NCBI GenBank assembly: GCA_965267575.1
Contig: OZ254086.1
Coordinates: 2,208,001-2,272,000, forward strand
Reading direction: 5' to 3'
DNA from: Calditrichales bacterium
Lineage (GTDB): Bacteria > Calditrichota > Calditrichia > Calditrichales > J004
Length of the DNA: 64,000 nucleotides
The notes beneath the pieces are model-generated. The model was not told the origin of the DNA, did no database searches, and saw nothing but the letters and a program-made list of their open reading frames with translations. Position numbers and translations under genes: made by a program. Position 1 is the first letter of the stretch. Every line of letters begins with the position of its first letter. Shown in pieces: positions 10,913 through 21,007 of this stretch.

Positions 10913-11140
10913 ATGTTTTCCACTACACGACTATATTCTATCGAGGAAGCCGCTACTAATCTGGAGATCAGTGAAGATTTAATTCGCAAGTTTATTCAGA
11001 AGGGATTCGTAGTTCCTGTGGAACAGGGCAGGGTAAAAAAACTGACAGCCTACGGGTTGCGCAGGCTGTCTGAAATTGTTTCTCTGTATGAACAGTCCTA
11101 TTCGATGGACAGAATAGAACAAACGATCAATCACATTTGA
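10913..11140 (+). CDS. Small MerR-type helix-turn-helix protein
   Basis: AAGGAGG RBS; YSIEEAATNLEISEDLIRKF..KGFVVP pattern of MerR/CbpM-like HTH; no effector domain. Confidence 0.7.
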   Translation: MFSTTRLYSIEEAATNLEISEDLIRKFIQKGFVVPVEQGRVKKLTAYGLRRLSEIVSLYEQSYSMDRIEQTINHI

Positions 11141-11943
11141 CTTAGCAGTCTCTCGGCCTGGGAGACATACTCGCTATCTGGGTAACCCTGGATCAGGCGA
11201 TCCAGCTCTTCACGCGCTTTCTGACGATCACCTTTACGAATGTAACACAGCCCTAGCTTGAATTGCGCGTCATCGTCTTTATTTGATTTTCCGAATGTAA
11301 ACACCTTTTCAAAATCGAGGATAGCCGCATCATATTGGCGCAGTTGGTAATGGCATTCTCCGATCCAGTATTGGGCGTTGTCTGCCAGGGAGTGGCTGGT
11401 GCTGGCTGCCAGCAGCGATTCAAAAAGCTCAATGGCTACCTGGTAATTGCGGTTTTCAAATTCGGCGCGGGCATCATTGTAGCGGGTTTCGTATTCAGCC
11501 ATGCTTATCTGCCCGACGTAACCGCCGGATGAGGCCGCGGGGCTCGACTTTTGCTGCTGCAACTCGGCATTCAGATTGTTGATGACTTTATCTTTCTGGC
11601 GTAACTCGCTTTCAAGATTGTCGATACGCTCCTGCAGTTTCTCTTCTTCGGTAGGCGCCATCATCGGCTGGGAGGTATCCAGCGTTTCCTTTTCGTCAAG
11701 CAGGCTCAGCTTCTCGCTGTCTTCCGGCTTGGATTGCTTTTGCCCGGGCTTTTTTTGCGTGGAGCTCTCCTCCTCGGTGGGCGTTATGCCAAGCAGGGCT
11801 TCAATATCATCAAGCTCTTTCTGCTGCTTTTCTTCTTCGGTGAAGAAATCTTCATCGCCTTCTTCCCTGCTGCCGGCACATGCGCTAAACCAAACCAGAC
11901 CCGTTACCAACATTAGTAGCGCCAAAAACGTTTTGAATCGCAT
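11131..11943 (-). CDS. CpoB/YbgF-like TPR lipoprotein
   Basis: Lipobox FSAC, coiled coil, TPR repeats (ADNAQYWIGE, DAQFKLG, YPDS). Confidence 0.8.
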   Translation of the reverse strand: MRFKTFLALLMLVTGLVWFSACAGSREEGDEDFFTEEEKQQKELDDIEALLGITPTEEESSTQKKPGQKQSKPEDSEKLSLLDEKETLDTSQPMMAPTEEEKLQERIDNLESELRQKDKVINNLNAELQQQKSSPAASSGGYVGQISMAEYETRYNDARAEFENRNYQVAIELFESLLAASTSHSLADNAQYWIGECHYQLRQYDAAILDFEKVFTFGKSNKDDDAQFKLGLCYIRKGDRQKAREELDRLIQGYPDSEYVSQAERLLSQM

Positions 11944-12032
11944 CGCTGCCTCCACTCTTACAATCTTATAATTTTAAAAATTTATTACCCAAGCCTCCCT
12001 AAAGCAACCCTATTTCCAATAATTCTAAGGGT

Positions 12033-13247
12033 TTAGACCAAAAAACGGTGGTAAGCGAAATTTTGAATTACGCCTATCATCAATAAGGTAGAAAGCAAAA
12101 ATGAGCCACCATAGCTAAAAAAGGGCAAAGGCAGCCCCGTAACAGGTGCAACTCCCACCGTCATACCGATGTTAACAAAGATATGAAAAAAGAGGACGGC
12201 TGTTACGCCTATGATGGTCATGCTGGCAAAGGCGCTTTTGACCTGCGTTCCCAGATGAACCAGGTACAGCAGGAATGCCAGCAGCACGCCCAGGACAAAA
12301 ATAACACCGGTGAACCCCCATTCTTCGCCAATTACGGAGAAAATAAAATCCGTGTGCTGGGCCGGCAAAAACTTAAGGTGCGTCTGTGTACCGTTTTTGA
12401 AACCCTTACCCCAAACACCCCCGGAGCCGATGGCCACCTGGCTTTGGATGATCTGGTAGCCCGCACCACGCGGGTCCTGCTCGGGGTTGATAAAGGTAAT
12501 GATCCTGCTTTTCTGGTAGGGCTGAAGCTGGTCCCAAAGCTGCGGCGTTAACAGGCCGACGCCAAAATGCAGCGCCAGTACAAGAACAATCAGTGTCCAG
12601 CGCCTGCGGGTGATGTATAAAAATGCCCCGATCAGAAGAAGCCACGCGGCGAGCGCTATCCAGTTGAAGGAGGTAAAAACGGTGATTAGCGGGCTAAGAA
12701 TAAGGAACAGGGCAAACCAGTTAAGCCCGGCCCAGAACATCAACGGAATGGCCATGGCCACATAAACGAGCGACGTGCCCAGATCCGGCTGGCGGATGAT
12801 CAGCAGAAACGGTAAAGCGATAAACGCCGTAACTACCATGAAATGCTTCCAGTGATTGACCGTGACTTCGCGGTTGCAGGTATAACGGGCCACGGCCATA
12901 ATCGTAGCCAGCTTGGCGATTTCCGAAGGCTGGACCTTTATTCCGGCAATGGAAAGCCAGCGTTCTGCGCCAAAACCGCGTACACCGAAGAACTCCACAA
13001 GCACAAGAAGCAAAATTGAAAAGCCGTAAAAGGGATAAGCCATCCTTTCCAGGAAACGAAAAGGCACGAATGTCACGCCAATCATAAGTATCAAACCGGT
13101 AATGGCGAAAATGAGCTGGCGGTCAAAATAGTCGCTTCCGCTGCTGCTGTAGGTGGCGCTGTAAACAGCCGTGAGGCCGATGGTCAAAAGCACGGTAACA
13201 AAAAAGGTCAGTTCAAAGTCTATTCGGCTTAAAATTGCTTTGCTCAT
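12033..13247 (-). CDS. rodA: Rod shape-determining SEDS protein RodA
   Basis: QPSE, QPDLGT, GYQIIQS, HTDFIF, SYGGS; follows the PBP2 gene. Confidence 0.96.
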   Translation of the reverse strand: MSKAILSRIDFELTFFVTVLLTIGLTAVYSATYSSSGSDYFDRQLIFAITGLILMIGVTFVPFRFLERMAYPFYGFSILLLVLVEFFGVRGFGAERWLSIAGIKVQPSEIAKLATIMAVARYTCNREVTVNHWKHFMVVTAFIALPFLLIIRQPDLGTSLVYVAMAIPLMFWAGLNWFALFLILSPLITVFTSFNWIALAAWLLLIGAFLYITRRRWTLIVLVLALHFGVGLLTPQLWDQLQPYQKSRIITFINPEQDPRGAGYQIIQSQVAIGSGGVWGKGFKNGTQTHLKFLPAQHTDFIFSVIGEEWGFTGVIFVLGVLLAFLLYLVHLGTQVKSAFASMTIIGVTAVLFFHIFVNIGMTVGVAPVTGLPLPFFSYGGSFLLSTLLMIGVIQNFAYHRFLV

Positions 13248-15118
13248 CAGTTGTCGCGCTCCACGGGTATATTTATTGGGCGCACGCTTTCCAGGTTTAG
13301 AGGGGCTATGATGCTGTCTATGGGCATCTCGGCCAGCGTTTCCTTTTTGCGCGCAACGGGCCGCGGTTCAATACGGTCACCAAAATATTTCTCCATAAAT
13401 TTACGGGCAATAGGTGCGGCCACGGCACCCCCGCCACCACCGTTTTCGATAATAATGGCCACTGCGATTTCGGGCAGATCGTAGGGTGCAAACGTCATAA
13501 ACCAGGCGTGGCTGTCTCCATGCGGATTTTGGGCCGTGCCCGTTTTGCCGGCCATATCCAGACCCCACACTTTTCCGGCCCAGCCGGTGCCGCCTTCCAT
13601 TACACGACGCATTCCATCACGGACAATCTCATAGGTTTTTTCAGAAACACCTTGCACGTTTTTGGGCGGCCCGCTTACATATTTTTTTTCGCCAGAGTCA
13701 TAATCATAAACATAGTCGACGATGTGCGGCTCATAAAAAACGCCCTTATTGGCAAGCATCATTGTGAATTGAGCGAGCTGTAATGGCGTAACCAGCAGCT
13801 CACCCTGACCGATAGCCAGGTTGGCGAGGTTACCGCGTGTCCAGCCGTTGACGCCATAGCGTTTGTCAAAAAAGCTGCGCGTGGGCACAAGGCCGCGGCT
13901 CTCGTTAGGTAAATCGATACCGGTATAATCGCCAAAGCCAAACTTTTTACTGTATTGCGCCCAGGTGTCCAGCCCGATTTCCAACCCCAGCTGATAGAAA
14001 TAGACGTTACAGGATCCTTTGATAGCCGCCAGCATATCCACCGTGCCGTGGCCTTCGGCTTTCCAGCAATTCACAACTTTGCGGCCGATGCGAAAGTAGC
14101 CGGGGCACGTAACCGACCAGGAAGGCGTTACGATTTTTTCCTCCAGCGCGGCGATGGCTGCAACAATTTTATAAGTTGAACCGGGCGGATAAACACTTTG
14201 TATGGAACGGCTGTAAAGAGGGTGCCTTTCATCGTTCATCAGTTTCTGCCAGGTTTCTTCATCAATCTTGCCGGTGAGCAGCCGCGGATCGTAGTCCGGT
14301 TTGCTGACAAGGGCGATAACGCCGCCGTTGCGCGCATCCAGCGCCACCAGGGCGCCACGGTGATCAACCATCAGCGATTCGGCAAATTGCTGAAGGTTGT
14401 AATCCATAAACAGGTTTATGTCCTTGCCGTGAATGGAGGATATATCGCGTTTCTCGTCAAAAGCGCCCAGGTCTCTGCCAGCGGCGTCAACGCGCACATA
14501 GCGCGCCCCTTTAAAACCACGTAACTGCAGATCGTAATAACGTTCCAGGGCGTATTTCCCGACCATGTCACCGGATTCGTATCGCTCCTGCTTTTGCTGC
14601 TCCTCCAGCGATACTTCGCCCAGCGCGCCAAAAACATGCGGGGAGTTAACCCCCTCATGATAGTAGCGTTTCGATTCGGGAATGGTATACACGCCCGGAA
14701 ATTCCAGGCGGTGTTCTTCCAGATAAATGACCGTATCATAATCAATATCGCGTTCAACAATAACAGGACGAAAACCGAATTGCTTGCGCATTTCCGCGCG
14801 CACTTCCTGCTCATCCACATTCAGGATATCCACCAATTGAAATAAGGTGCTGTCTGTTATCACCTTGGGTACAACGGCCACTGAAAAAGAAGCCCTGTTA
14901 TCCACGAGGATGCGACCCTGGTTATCCTTAATGAGGCCGCGCACCGGCAGCACGGTAATTTTGCGCACACTGTTATCAAGCGATCGCTGCGTATAAAATT
15001 CATGGCGCAACAGCTGCAGCCGTGTAAAACCATACAGCAGGATTGCAAAAAAAAGCAGCAAAACGCCAATAAAGACCGTTTTGCGTTGTTGAAGCTGGTA
15101 CTTGTCCAGTTCTTTCAT
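13247..15118 (-). CDS. mrdA: Penicillin-binding protein 2
   Basis: PGSTYK (SxxK), SCN (SxN), KTGT; within the mre operon. Confidence 0.96.
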   Translation of the reverse strand: MKELDKYQLQQRKTVFIGVLLLFFAILLYGFTRLQLLRHEFYTQRSLDNSVRKITVLPVRGLIKDNQGRILVDNRASFSVAVVPKVITDSTLFQLVDILNVDEQEVRAEMRKQFGFRPVIVERDIDYDTVIYLEEHRLEFPGVYTIPESKRYYHEGVNSPHVFGALGEVSLEEQQKQERYESGDMVGKYALERYYDLQLRGFKGARYVRVDAAGRDLGAFDEKRDISSIHGKDINLFMDYNLQQFAESLMVDHRGALVALDARNGGVIALVSKPDYDPRLLTGKIDEETWQKLMNDERHPLYSRSIQSVYPPGSTYKIVAAIAALEEKIVTPSWSVTCPGYFRIGRKVVNCWKAEGHGTVDMLAAIKGSCNVYFYQLGLEIGLDTWAQYSKKFGFGDYTGIDLPNESRGLVPTRSFFDKRYGVNGWTRGNLANLAIGQGELLVTPLQLAQFTMMLANKGVFYEPHIVDYVYDYDSGEKKYVSGPPKNVQGVSEKTYEIVRDGMRRVMEGGTGWAGKVWGLDMAGKTGTAQNPHGDSHAWFMTFAPYDLPEIAVAIIIENGGGGGAVAAPIARKFMEKYFGDRIEPRPVARKKETLAEMPIDSIIAPLNLESVRPINIPVERDN

Positions 15119-15606
15119 GGCTGTTCAGAAAATATTTTCTGCGTAAATAATTGTGTTACAAAAAGCATAATAAATGTATAGACCGTATTCGGAAAAACCC
15201 TGCTGTAGATGAGGTATGTAAATGTCAGTTCCAGCTTGAATTGCAGGATAAAGTAAAAGATCAGCTCGTGCAGAAAAACAAAAAGCAGAAACCACAGGTA
15301 ATGGGCCGTTCCTTCCAGTCTTAGCGGGTTGATTTTGCCGGCACCGTATCCGGCCAGGGCTTTGGGCAGGGCGGTAATTCCCAGCGCCTGGGCCGAAAGG
15401 GCGTCCTGAAGCAGGCCCAAGACAAAACCGGCGCTGCTGCCGCTCATGCTGCCAAAGCGTTTTCCTATAAGCAATACAACCACCAGAACCATATCAGGTT
15501 TCCAAACATCGATTTCGATGAAGGGAACCAGAACGCTCTGGAATACGATCGCCCCGATACCAAAAACCACAACAATCAGCAACAGATAGCGCAGATCACT
15601 GCTCAT
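15115..15606 (-). CDS. mreD: Rod shape-determining protein MreD
   Basis: Hydrophobic; PD..L and GLLQDAL motifs; between mreC and mrdA. Confidence 0.9.
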   Translation of the reverse strand: MSSDLRYLLLIVVVFGIGAIVFQSVLVPFIEIDVWKPDMVLVVVLLIGKRFGSMSGSSAGFVLGLLQDALSAQALGITALPKALAGYGAGKINPLRLEGTAHYLWFLLFVFLHELIFYFILQFKLELTFTYLIYSRVFPNTVYTFIMLFVTQLFTQKIFSEQP

Positions 15607-16396
15607 TGGCCACCTTCTCACTGAAAATGAAGACCTCTTCCAGGCGATTGAAATTTACGGACGGGCGGATTTTTACCGTCTGAAACAGTGCTTCCTCTGA
15701 TTTACGGACTTCGCTGACGACCCCGATTTTTATATTTTGCGGGTAGATCTGGCTGTAACCGGATGTTAAAACTACGTCGCCTTCCAGCACATCTACGGTG
15801 TTGGGCAGATGATCCATGTAGAGGATACGGCTGCCGTCGCCGCGCACAAGGCCCAACTCACTGTTGCGCAGAATCTGGCCGCTGACACGGTTGTTGGGAT
15901 CGAGCAAAATCTGGCAAATGGCATAATCACCGCTTATTTCCACGACTTTTCCAACCAGTCCTTCGGCGGTCATAACTGCCGAAAATTTTTTAACTTTGCT
16001 CATCTCTTCGGTGGAAAGCATAACACCGGAAAGCAGGTTTTGGGGACTGTATCCAACCACTTTTGCCGGGATAAGCTCGTATTCTACGTCATACTTGAAT
16101 TGCAGCATTTTGCGCAGCCGGATGTTTTCCAGCAATGCGTCCTGCAACTGGTAAATCTCGTAGGCCATACGCGTGTTTTCGCGCCGCAATTCACTGTTCT
16201 TTTCGCGCAAATTGAAGTATGCGGCCATGTCATCAAACACTTCCTGTGCCGTGCCGAACGTATTCATGCTCATGGCGCGTATGCCTCCAACTATGGCGCT
16301 GTCGCTCGAGATGATCAGCAAGGACGAGACGGCCATATAAACATACAGCAGAAGCGATTGACGAAAATGGGAAATAAATTGTAAAACCTGGGTCAC
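15596..16396 (-). CDS. mreC: Rod shape-determining protein MreC
   Basis: TM helix plus coiled coil (ENIRLRKML), GLVGKV, GDVVLTSG. Confidence 0.94.
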   Translation of the reverse strand: MTQVLQFISHFRQSLLLYVYMAVSSLLIISSDSAIVGGIRAMSMNTFGTAQEVFDDMAAYFNLREKNSELRRENTRMAYEIYQLQDALLENIRLRKMLQFKYDVEYELIPAKVVGYSPQNLLSGVMLSTEEMSKVKKFSAVMTAEGLVGKVVEISGDYAICQILLDPNNRVSGQILRNSELGLVRGDGSRILYMDHLPNTVDVLEGDVVLTSGYSQIYPQNIKIGVVSEVRKSEEALFQTVKIRPSVNFNRLEEVFIFSEKVANEQ

Positions 16397-16424
16397 TGCT
16401 CTCCGCGGGTATGGGGTGTACTAA

Positions 16425-17459
16425 TTAAAAGGGACGCCGGTTTTTTACAAGCACCTTGTGAAAACGCTCCGGATTTTCCAGTATCTGCCCGCAGCCGCGC
16501 ACCACGCAGGTCAGCGGATCATCGGCCACCAGAATGGCCATCGATGTTTCCTGGCGCAGACGCACATCGAGGTTGCGCAACAGGGCGCCGCCACCGGTCA
16601 AAATTACACCGCGGTCCAGAATATCCGACGCCAGTTCCGGCGGTGTGCGTTCCAGCGACATCTTCACGGCGTCAACGACCATGCCGATCGGATCGGACAG
16701 GGCCTCGCGAATCTCCTCGGAACCGATCATCAGAGTCTTGGGAATACCATCCACGAGATCGCGCCCTTTCACTTCGCGTTCCATTTCTTCTTCCAGCGGC
16801 GCCGCGGAACCGATGCCGCACTTGATCTCTTCGGCGGTCTTTTCGCCAATCAGCAGGTTATGGTTGCGCTTGAAGTGCTGGATAATCGCCTGGTTCATCT
16901 CATCACCGCCCACGCGAATGGAGTTGTGATGCACAATGCCGCTCAGTGAAATAACAGCGATCTCCGATGTGCCCCCGCCGATATCGACGATCATATTCCC
17001 CATGGGTTCTTTGATGTCCAGCCCGACGCCAATGGCAGCGGCCATCGCTTCGGCCACCAGGTCCACCTCGCGCGCTCCGGCCCGTTCGGCAGAATCACGC
17101 ACGGCGCGCTTTTCCACTTCCGTGATGCCCGATGGCACGCAGATCACGATGCGGCCGATCATCATTTTATTGACGGCGGCCTTTTTGATGAATTCTCGGA
17201 TCATGATCTCGTTGGCTTCAAAATCGGCAATAACGCCATCTTTCAGCGGCCGGATCGTTGTAATGTCGTGATGGGTTCGCCCAAGCATCTGCCGGGCCTC
17301 GTTGCCAACCGCCACTACTTTATCGGTGTTATCTTCCAGCGCAACGATGGACGGTTCGTTGACGACGATGCCTTTACCCTTGACATAAAGCAGGGTGTTG
17401 GCGGTGCCCAGGTCTATTCCGATATCCGATGTGAGAAAATTTAAAAACGACAAAGCCAT
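16425..17459 (-). CDS. mreB: Actin-like MreB
   Basis: IDLGTANT, RPLKDGVIADF, DIGGGT, TPPELASDI. Confidence 0.99.
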   Translation of the reverse strand: MALSFLNFLTSDIGIDLGTANTLLYVKGKGIVVNEPSIVALEDNTDKVVAVGNEARQMLGRTHHDITTIRPLKDGVIADFEANEIMIREFIKKAAVNKMMIGRIVICVPSGITEVEKRAVRDSAERAGAREVDLVAEAMAAAIGVGLDIKEPMGNMIVDIGGGTSEIAVISLSGIVHHNSIRVGGDEMNQAIIQHFKRNHNLLIGEKTAEEIKCGIGSAAPLEEEMEREVKGRDLVDGIPKTLMIGSEEIREALSDPIGMVVDAVKMSLERTPPELASDILDRGVILTGGGALLRNLDVRLRQETSMAILVADDPLTCVVRGCGQILENPERFHKVLVKNRRPF

Positions 17460-17479
17460 TCTCGCTCCAGTTTACAATA

Positions 17480-19009
17480 TTAATGTTTAAAATGACGCAT
17501 TCCGCTAAAGACCATCGCGATGCCCGCCTTATCAGCGGCTTCAATAACTTCCTCATCACGGATAGATCCGCCGGGTTGGATAATTGCTGTGGCCCCGGCC
17601 TCGGCCAGGGCTTCGATGCTGTCCTTAAAGGGGAAGAACGCATCCGAGGCAACCGCGGAACCTTGCAGGCTCAAACCCGCGTTTTTAGACTTCATGATAG
17701 CGATTTCTGTGGAATCCACGCGCGACATCTGGCCGGCGCCTATACCCAGCGTGCGATCGGCGGCGCAAAAAACAATCGCGTTGGACTTTACGTGCTTAAC
17801 GGCTTTCCAGCCAAATGAAAGCGCCTTCCATTCCTGCTCACCTGGCGCCCTTTTGGTAACCACTTTTGCCTGGCGCACATCGATCAGTTCACGGTCTGCC
17901 TGTTGCAGCAGAAAACCGCCGCTCAGCATTTTTATGTCCCATTGCGGCTTGTGCCAGCGCTCCGGCTGATAGGTAAGCAGGCGCAGGTTTTTCTTTCTGG
18001 CAAGGCGCTCAAACGCCTCCCGTGAAAAGGAAGGAGCCACGATACATTCGGTAAAGTATTTGCCCAGTTCTTCAGCCAGTTTATCGTCAAGCTCGGCATT
18101 CAGCGCGATGATTCCGCCAAAGGCCGATGTGGGGTCTGTCGCCCGCGCGCCTTCGTGGGCCGTAAAAAGGTCAGTACCCGTGCCGATACCACAGGGGTTG
18201 TTATGTTTTATGATTGTGCAGGCCGGTTCGTCAAATTCATTGCTAATGGTCAAAGCCGCCTGCAGGTCGAGCAGGTTGTTAAAGCTCAGCTCTTTGCCAT
18301 GAAGCTGTTTTAAACCTGCCATCGGCAAGCGGTGGGCGCTGCCGTAAAGGGCCGCCTTCTGGTGCGGGTTCTCGCCATAGCGTAAAACCTGCAGCCGTTC
18401 TCCGCCAAGCGTAAACGATAGCGGTGGTTCCGCGGCATCTTCAAAATAGTCGGCAATGGCTGCGTTGTAACGCGCCGTTAAGGCGAACACAGCGCCGGCA
18501 AATTGCTTTTTAACAGCGGCCGGCAGATTTCCGCCCGACTCCTCGAAAGCATCCATGAAGGTTTTGTACTGCCCGGGATCGGACAAAACCGAGACGTACG
18601 CGTGGTTTTTTGCCGCCGCCCTCAGAAGTGTGGGACCGCCAATATCGATTTGTTCCACCGCCTGGTCAAAGGTGACGTTATCGCCGGCGATGGTCTGCTC
18701 GAAAGGATACAGATTAACCGCCACCACGTCGATGGTATCAATTTTCAGCTCTTTCAACTGCGACAGGTGCTTGTCTGTACGTTTTGCCAGAATGCCGGCA
18801 TGGATGACCGGATGAAGCGTTTTGACCCGTCCGTCCAGTATTTCGGGGAAGCCGGTCAGATCGCTTACTTCCAGCACCTCCAGGTTTTCCTGTTGCAGCA
18901 GCTTTGCCGTGCCGCCCGATGAGAGAATCTTGTAACCCTTGTCTATTAAAAAACGGGCAAGATCGCTGATACCGCTTTTATCATAAACGCTTAGCAATGC
19001 ATATTTCAT
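17480..19009 (-). CDS. purH: Bifunctional AICAR transformylase/IMP cyclohydrolase
   Basis: [34 protein letters not shown]. Confidence 0.99.
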   Translation of the reverse strand: MKYALLSVYDKSGISDLARFLIDKGYKILSSGGTAKLLQQENLEVLEVSDLTGFPEILDGRVKTLHPVIHAGILAKRTDKHLSQLKELKIDTIDVVAVNLYPFEQTIAGDNVTFDQAVEQIDIGGPTLLRAAAKNHAYVSVLSDPGQYKTFMDAFEESGGNLPAAVKKQFAGAVFALTARYNAAIADYFEDAAEPPLSFTLGGERLQVLRYGENPHQKAALYGSAHRLPMAGLKQLHGKELSFNNLLDLQAALTISNEFDEPACTIIKHNNPCGIGTGTDLFTAHEGARATDPTSAFGGIIALNAELDDKLAEELGKYFTECIVAPSFSREAFERLARKKNLRLLTYQPERWHKPQWDIKMLSGGFLLQQADRELIDVRQAKVVTKRAPGEQEWKALSFGWKAVKHVKSNAIVFCAADRTLGIGAGQMSRVDSTEIAIMKSKNAGLSLQGSAVASDAFFPFKDSIEALAEAGATAIIQPGGSIRDEEVIEAADKAGIAMVFSGMRHFKH

Positions 19010-19023
19010 TATTTTCTTCTTTG

Positions 19024-19644
19024 TTATTTCTGTTTAACAACCTTGTTATTTTCAACCGCTATTACGCCGTTTACCAGCAGCTGCAACGTTTCAGGATATA
19101 GCGCGTGCTCCACCTGCAGCACCTTTCCCGCTATCTCTTCCGGGCCGTCACCATAATCCAGCTGAACGGCGCGCTGTGCCAGGATCGGTCCTTTGTCATA
19201 CTCTTCGTCCACAATATGCACGGTAGCGCCGCTTACGCGCATACCGCTTTCCCAAACAGCCTGATGCACGTGTTTCCCGTACATGCCGGGCCCGCCGAAA
19301 AAGGGCAGCAGCGCCGGGTGGATATTTACTATTTTATCAGGAAATTGCCGGATCAGCGAGGGATGGATAAGTTGCAGCCAACCGGCAAGAGCGACATAAT
19401 CGGCCTTATATTCCTTTAGTGTCTGCAAAAGGGCCTCCGTGTAGCTTTCGGCATCCGGATATGATTTTCTTTTGAAGACAACGGCTGGAATATTGTAACG
19501 TTTGGCAATTTCAATGGCGCCAATGTCCGGTTTGGAAGCGATTAACAGAACAATATGGGCGGCTAATTTTTTATTTTCTTCTGCCCGGCATAGCTGTTCA
19601 AAATTACTGCCTCGTCCGGCGGCGAAAACGGCTATATTTTTCAT
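19024..19644 (-). CDS. purN: Phosphoribosylglycinamide formyltransferase
   Basis: GRGSN, NIHPALLP, GATVH..D.GPI, EH..YP. Confidence 0.97.
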   Translation of the reverse strand: MKNIAVFAAGRGSNFEQLCRAEENKKLAAHIVLLIASKPDIGAIEIAKRYNIPAVVFKRKSYPDAESYTEALLQTLKEYKADYVALAGWLQLIHPSLIRQFPDKIVNIHPALLPFFGGPGMYGKHVHQAVWESGMRVSGATVHIVDEEYDKGPILAQRAVQLDYGDGPEEIAGKVLQVEHALYPETLQLLVNGVIAVENNKVVKQK

Positions 19645-19721
19645 CCCGCATCCGGCTGTAAATAAGCTGAAAATATAGGAAATAAAGCAAATTCAGTCAA
19701 TCGCGGCGCGGGGTTGTTTTA

Positions 19722-20648
19722 TTAGCTTTGTGAGATGTCGTTAAAGCTGTATGGCGCAAACGAAAAAAGACCACGGTCGCTGTCCAGCCTGCAGCGGATA
19801 CCGATTGGCATGGTGACCTTAACCGCGCCGTGCCCGTAAGGGAATCCCGCCAGCACCGGGCCGTTTGTTTTAGCCGTGTAATGTTTCAATATGTCATTCA
19901 TTTCAAAGCCGGGATCGTAGTTGTTTTCGCAATCTATAAAATCGCACCAGATGATGCCGGCAACCACGTCAAAAACACCGGCGTTCTGTAACTGGGCCAG
20001 GTAGCGATCCATTTTATAAACGTCCTCGCCAATATCTTCCAGGAAAAGAACGGCGTCACGGAAATCCGGGCAATAGGGCGAGCCCAGCTGCGACGCCACC
20101 AGGGAAAGACAACCGCCCAGGAGCGTGCCCTCCGCCTTGCCCGCACGCCAGACCTCAGGCTTTATTTCCTGCCAGGAAAACGCGTATTCATCGTCGCACG
20201 CAAGATAGTCCCAAAAATGTTTTTCGGTGAAAGACTCAATCCCCGCGCCCATTTCTACCGCTACCATGGGGCCGGATAAAGAAGGCAGGCGGCATTTTTC
20301 CCACAGCGCCAGTTGCAGCGTGGTAACATCGGAGTAACCGACAAGCGGTTTGGGATTCTTTTTTATCTCTTCAAAATCCAGGTACTCCAGAACCCGCAGG
20401 CCACCCCAGCCGCCACGCGCGCAAATTATCAGCTTCACCTGAGGGTCGCGGAACATATCCATAAGGTCCGCGGCACGCTGTTTATCCGTGGCACTGAAGT
20501 AGCCGTGGCCACCGGCAAGGTTGGCTGAATTTTTAACCTTAAAACCCTTTTCCTTTAAATAGGATATGCCTTTTTCCAGCCTTTCCGGACGCGCCGGAAA
20601 AGCCGGAGCAATTACGCCAATTGTGTCCCCGCTTGTCAATTTTATCAT
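19722..20648 (-). CDS. LD-carboxypeptidase (peptidase S66)
   Basis: ARGGWG, GYSDVT, LEDIGE, YGHG; start moved to ATG 20648. Confidence 0.93.
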   Translation of the reverse strand: MIKLTSGDTIGVIAPAFPARPERLEKGISYLKEKGFKVKNSANLAGGHGYFSATDKQRAADLMDMFRDPQVKLIICARGGWGGLRVLEYLDFEEIKKNPKPLVGYSDVTTLQLALWEKCRLPSLSGPMVAVEMGAGIESFTEKHFWDYLACDDEYAFSWQEIKPEVWRAGKAEGTLLGGCLSLVASQLGSPYCPDFRDAVLFLEDIGEDVYKMDRYLAQLQNAGVFDVVAGIIWCDFIDCENNYDPGFEMNDILKHYTAKTNGPVLAGFPYGHGAVKVTMPIGIRCRLDSDRGLFSFAPYSFNDISQS

Positions 20649-20782
20649 CCCGATATCCCGTCTTTGGTGTTTAAATTTTGCGTTTTGTTTAAAAACGGAC
20701 ACATACCGAACAGCACCAAAACGAAGGCTCATTATTCCGGTTGAATGCCCGATTTAGCAATATACAAATCCTTGGAAAATAT

Positions 20783-21007
20783 ATGAAAGTTATACAATGG
20801 CAATGGACGGAAAAGGCCGGCTGGCAGCAAGCGCAATCCGGCAACAATGCGTTCAGCGCCCAATTAATTTTATTTTTCGGAGCAGCCTGCCTTATGCGTG
20901 AACCGGACCGTACCGTTTTTTGCAAAAGTAACAAAGCACTTCCCGGTAAAAGGCGTTTTGGCAACAATACCGTCTTTACTGCTATGTGGGAGACATTGCA
21001 TGCATAG
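20783..21007 (+). pseudogene. Probable internally deleted FIST-domain gene remnant (74 aa)
   Basis: [22 protein letters not shown] resembles the FIST N-terminus and [10 protein letters not shown] resembles the FIST C-terminal HNQT..E end; overlaps the kinase start. Resemblance is from memory of the family. Confidence 0.5.
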
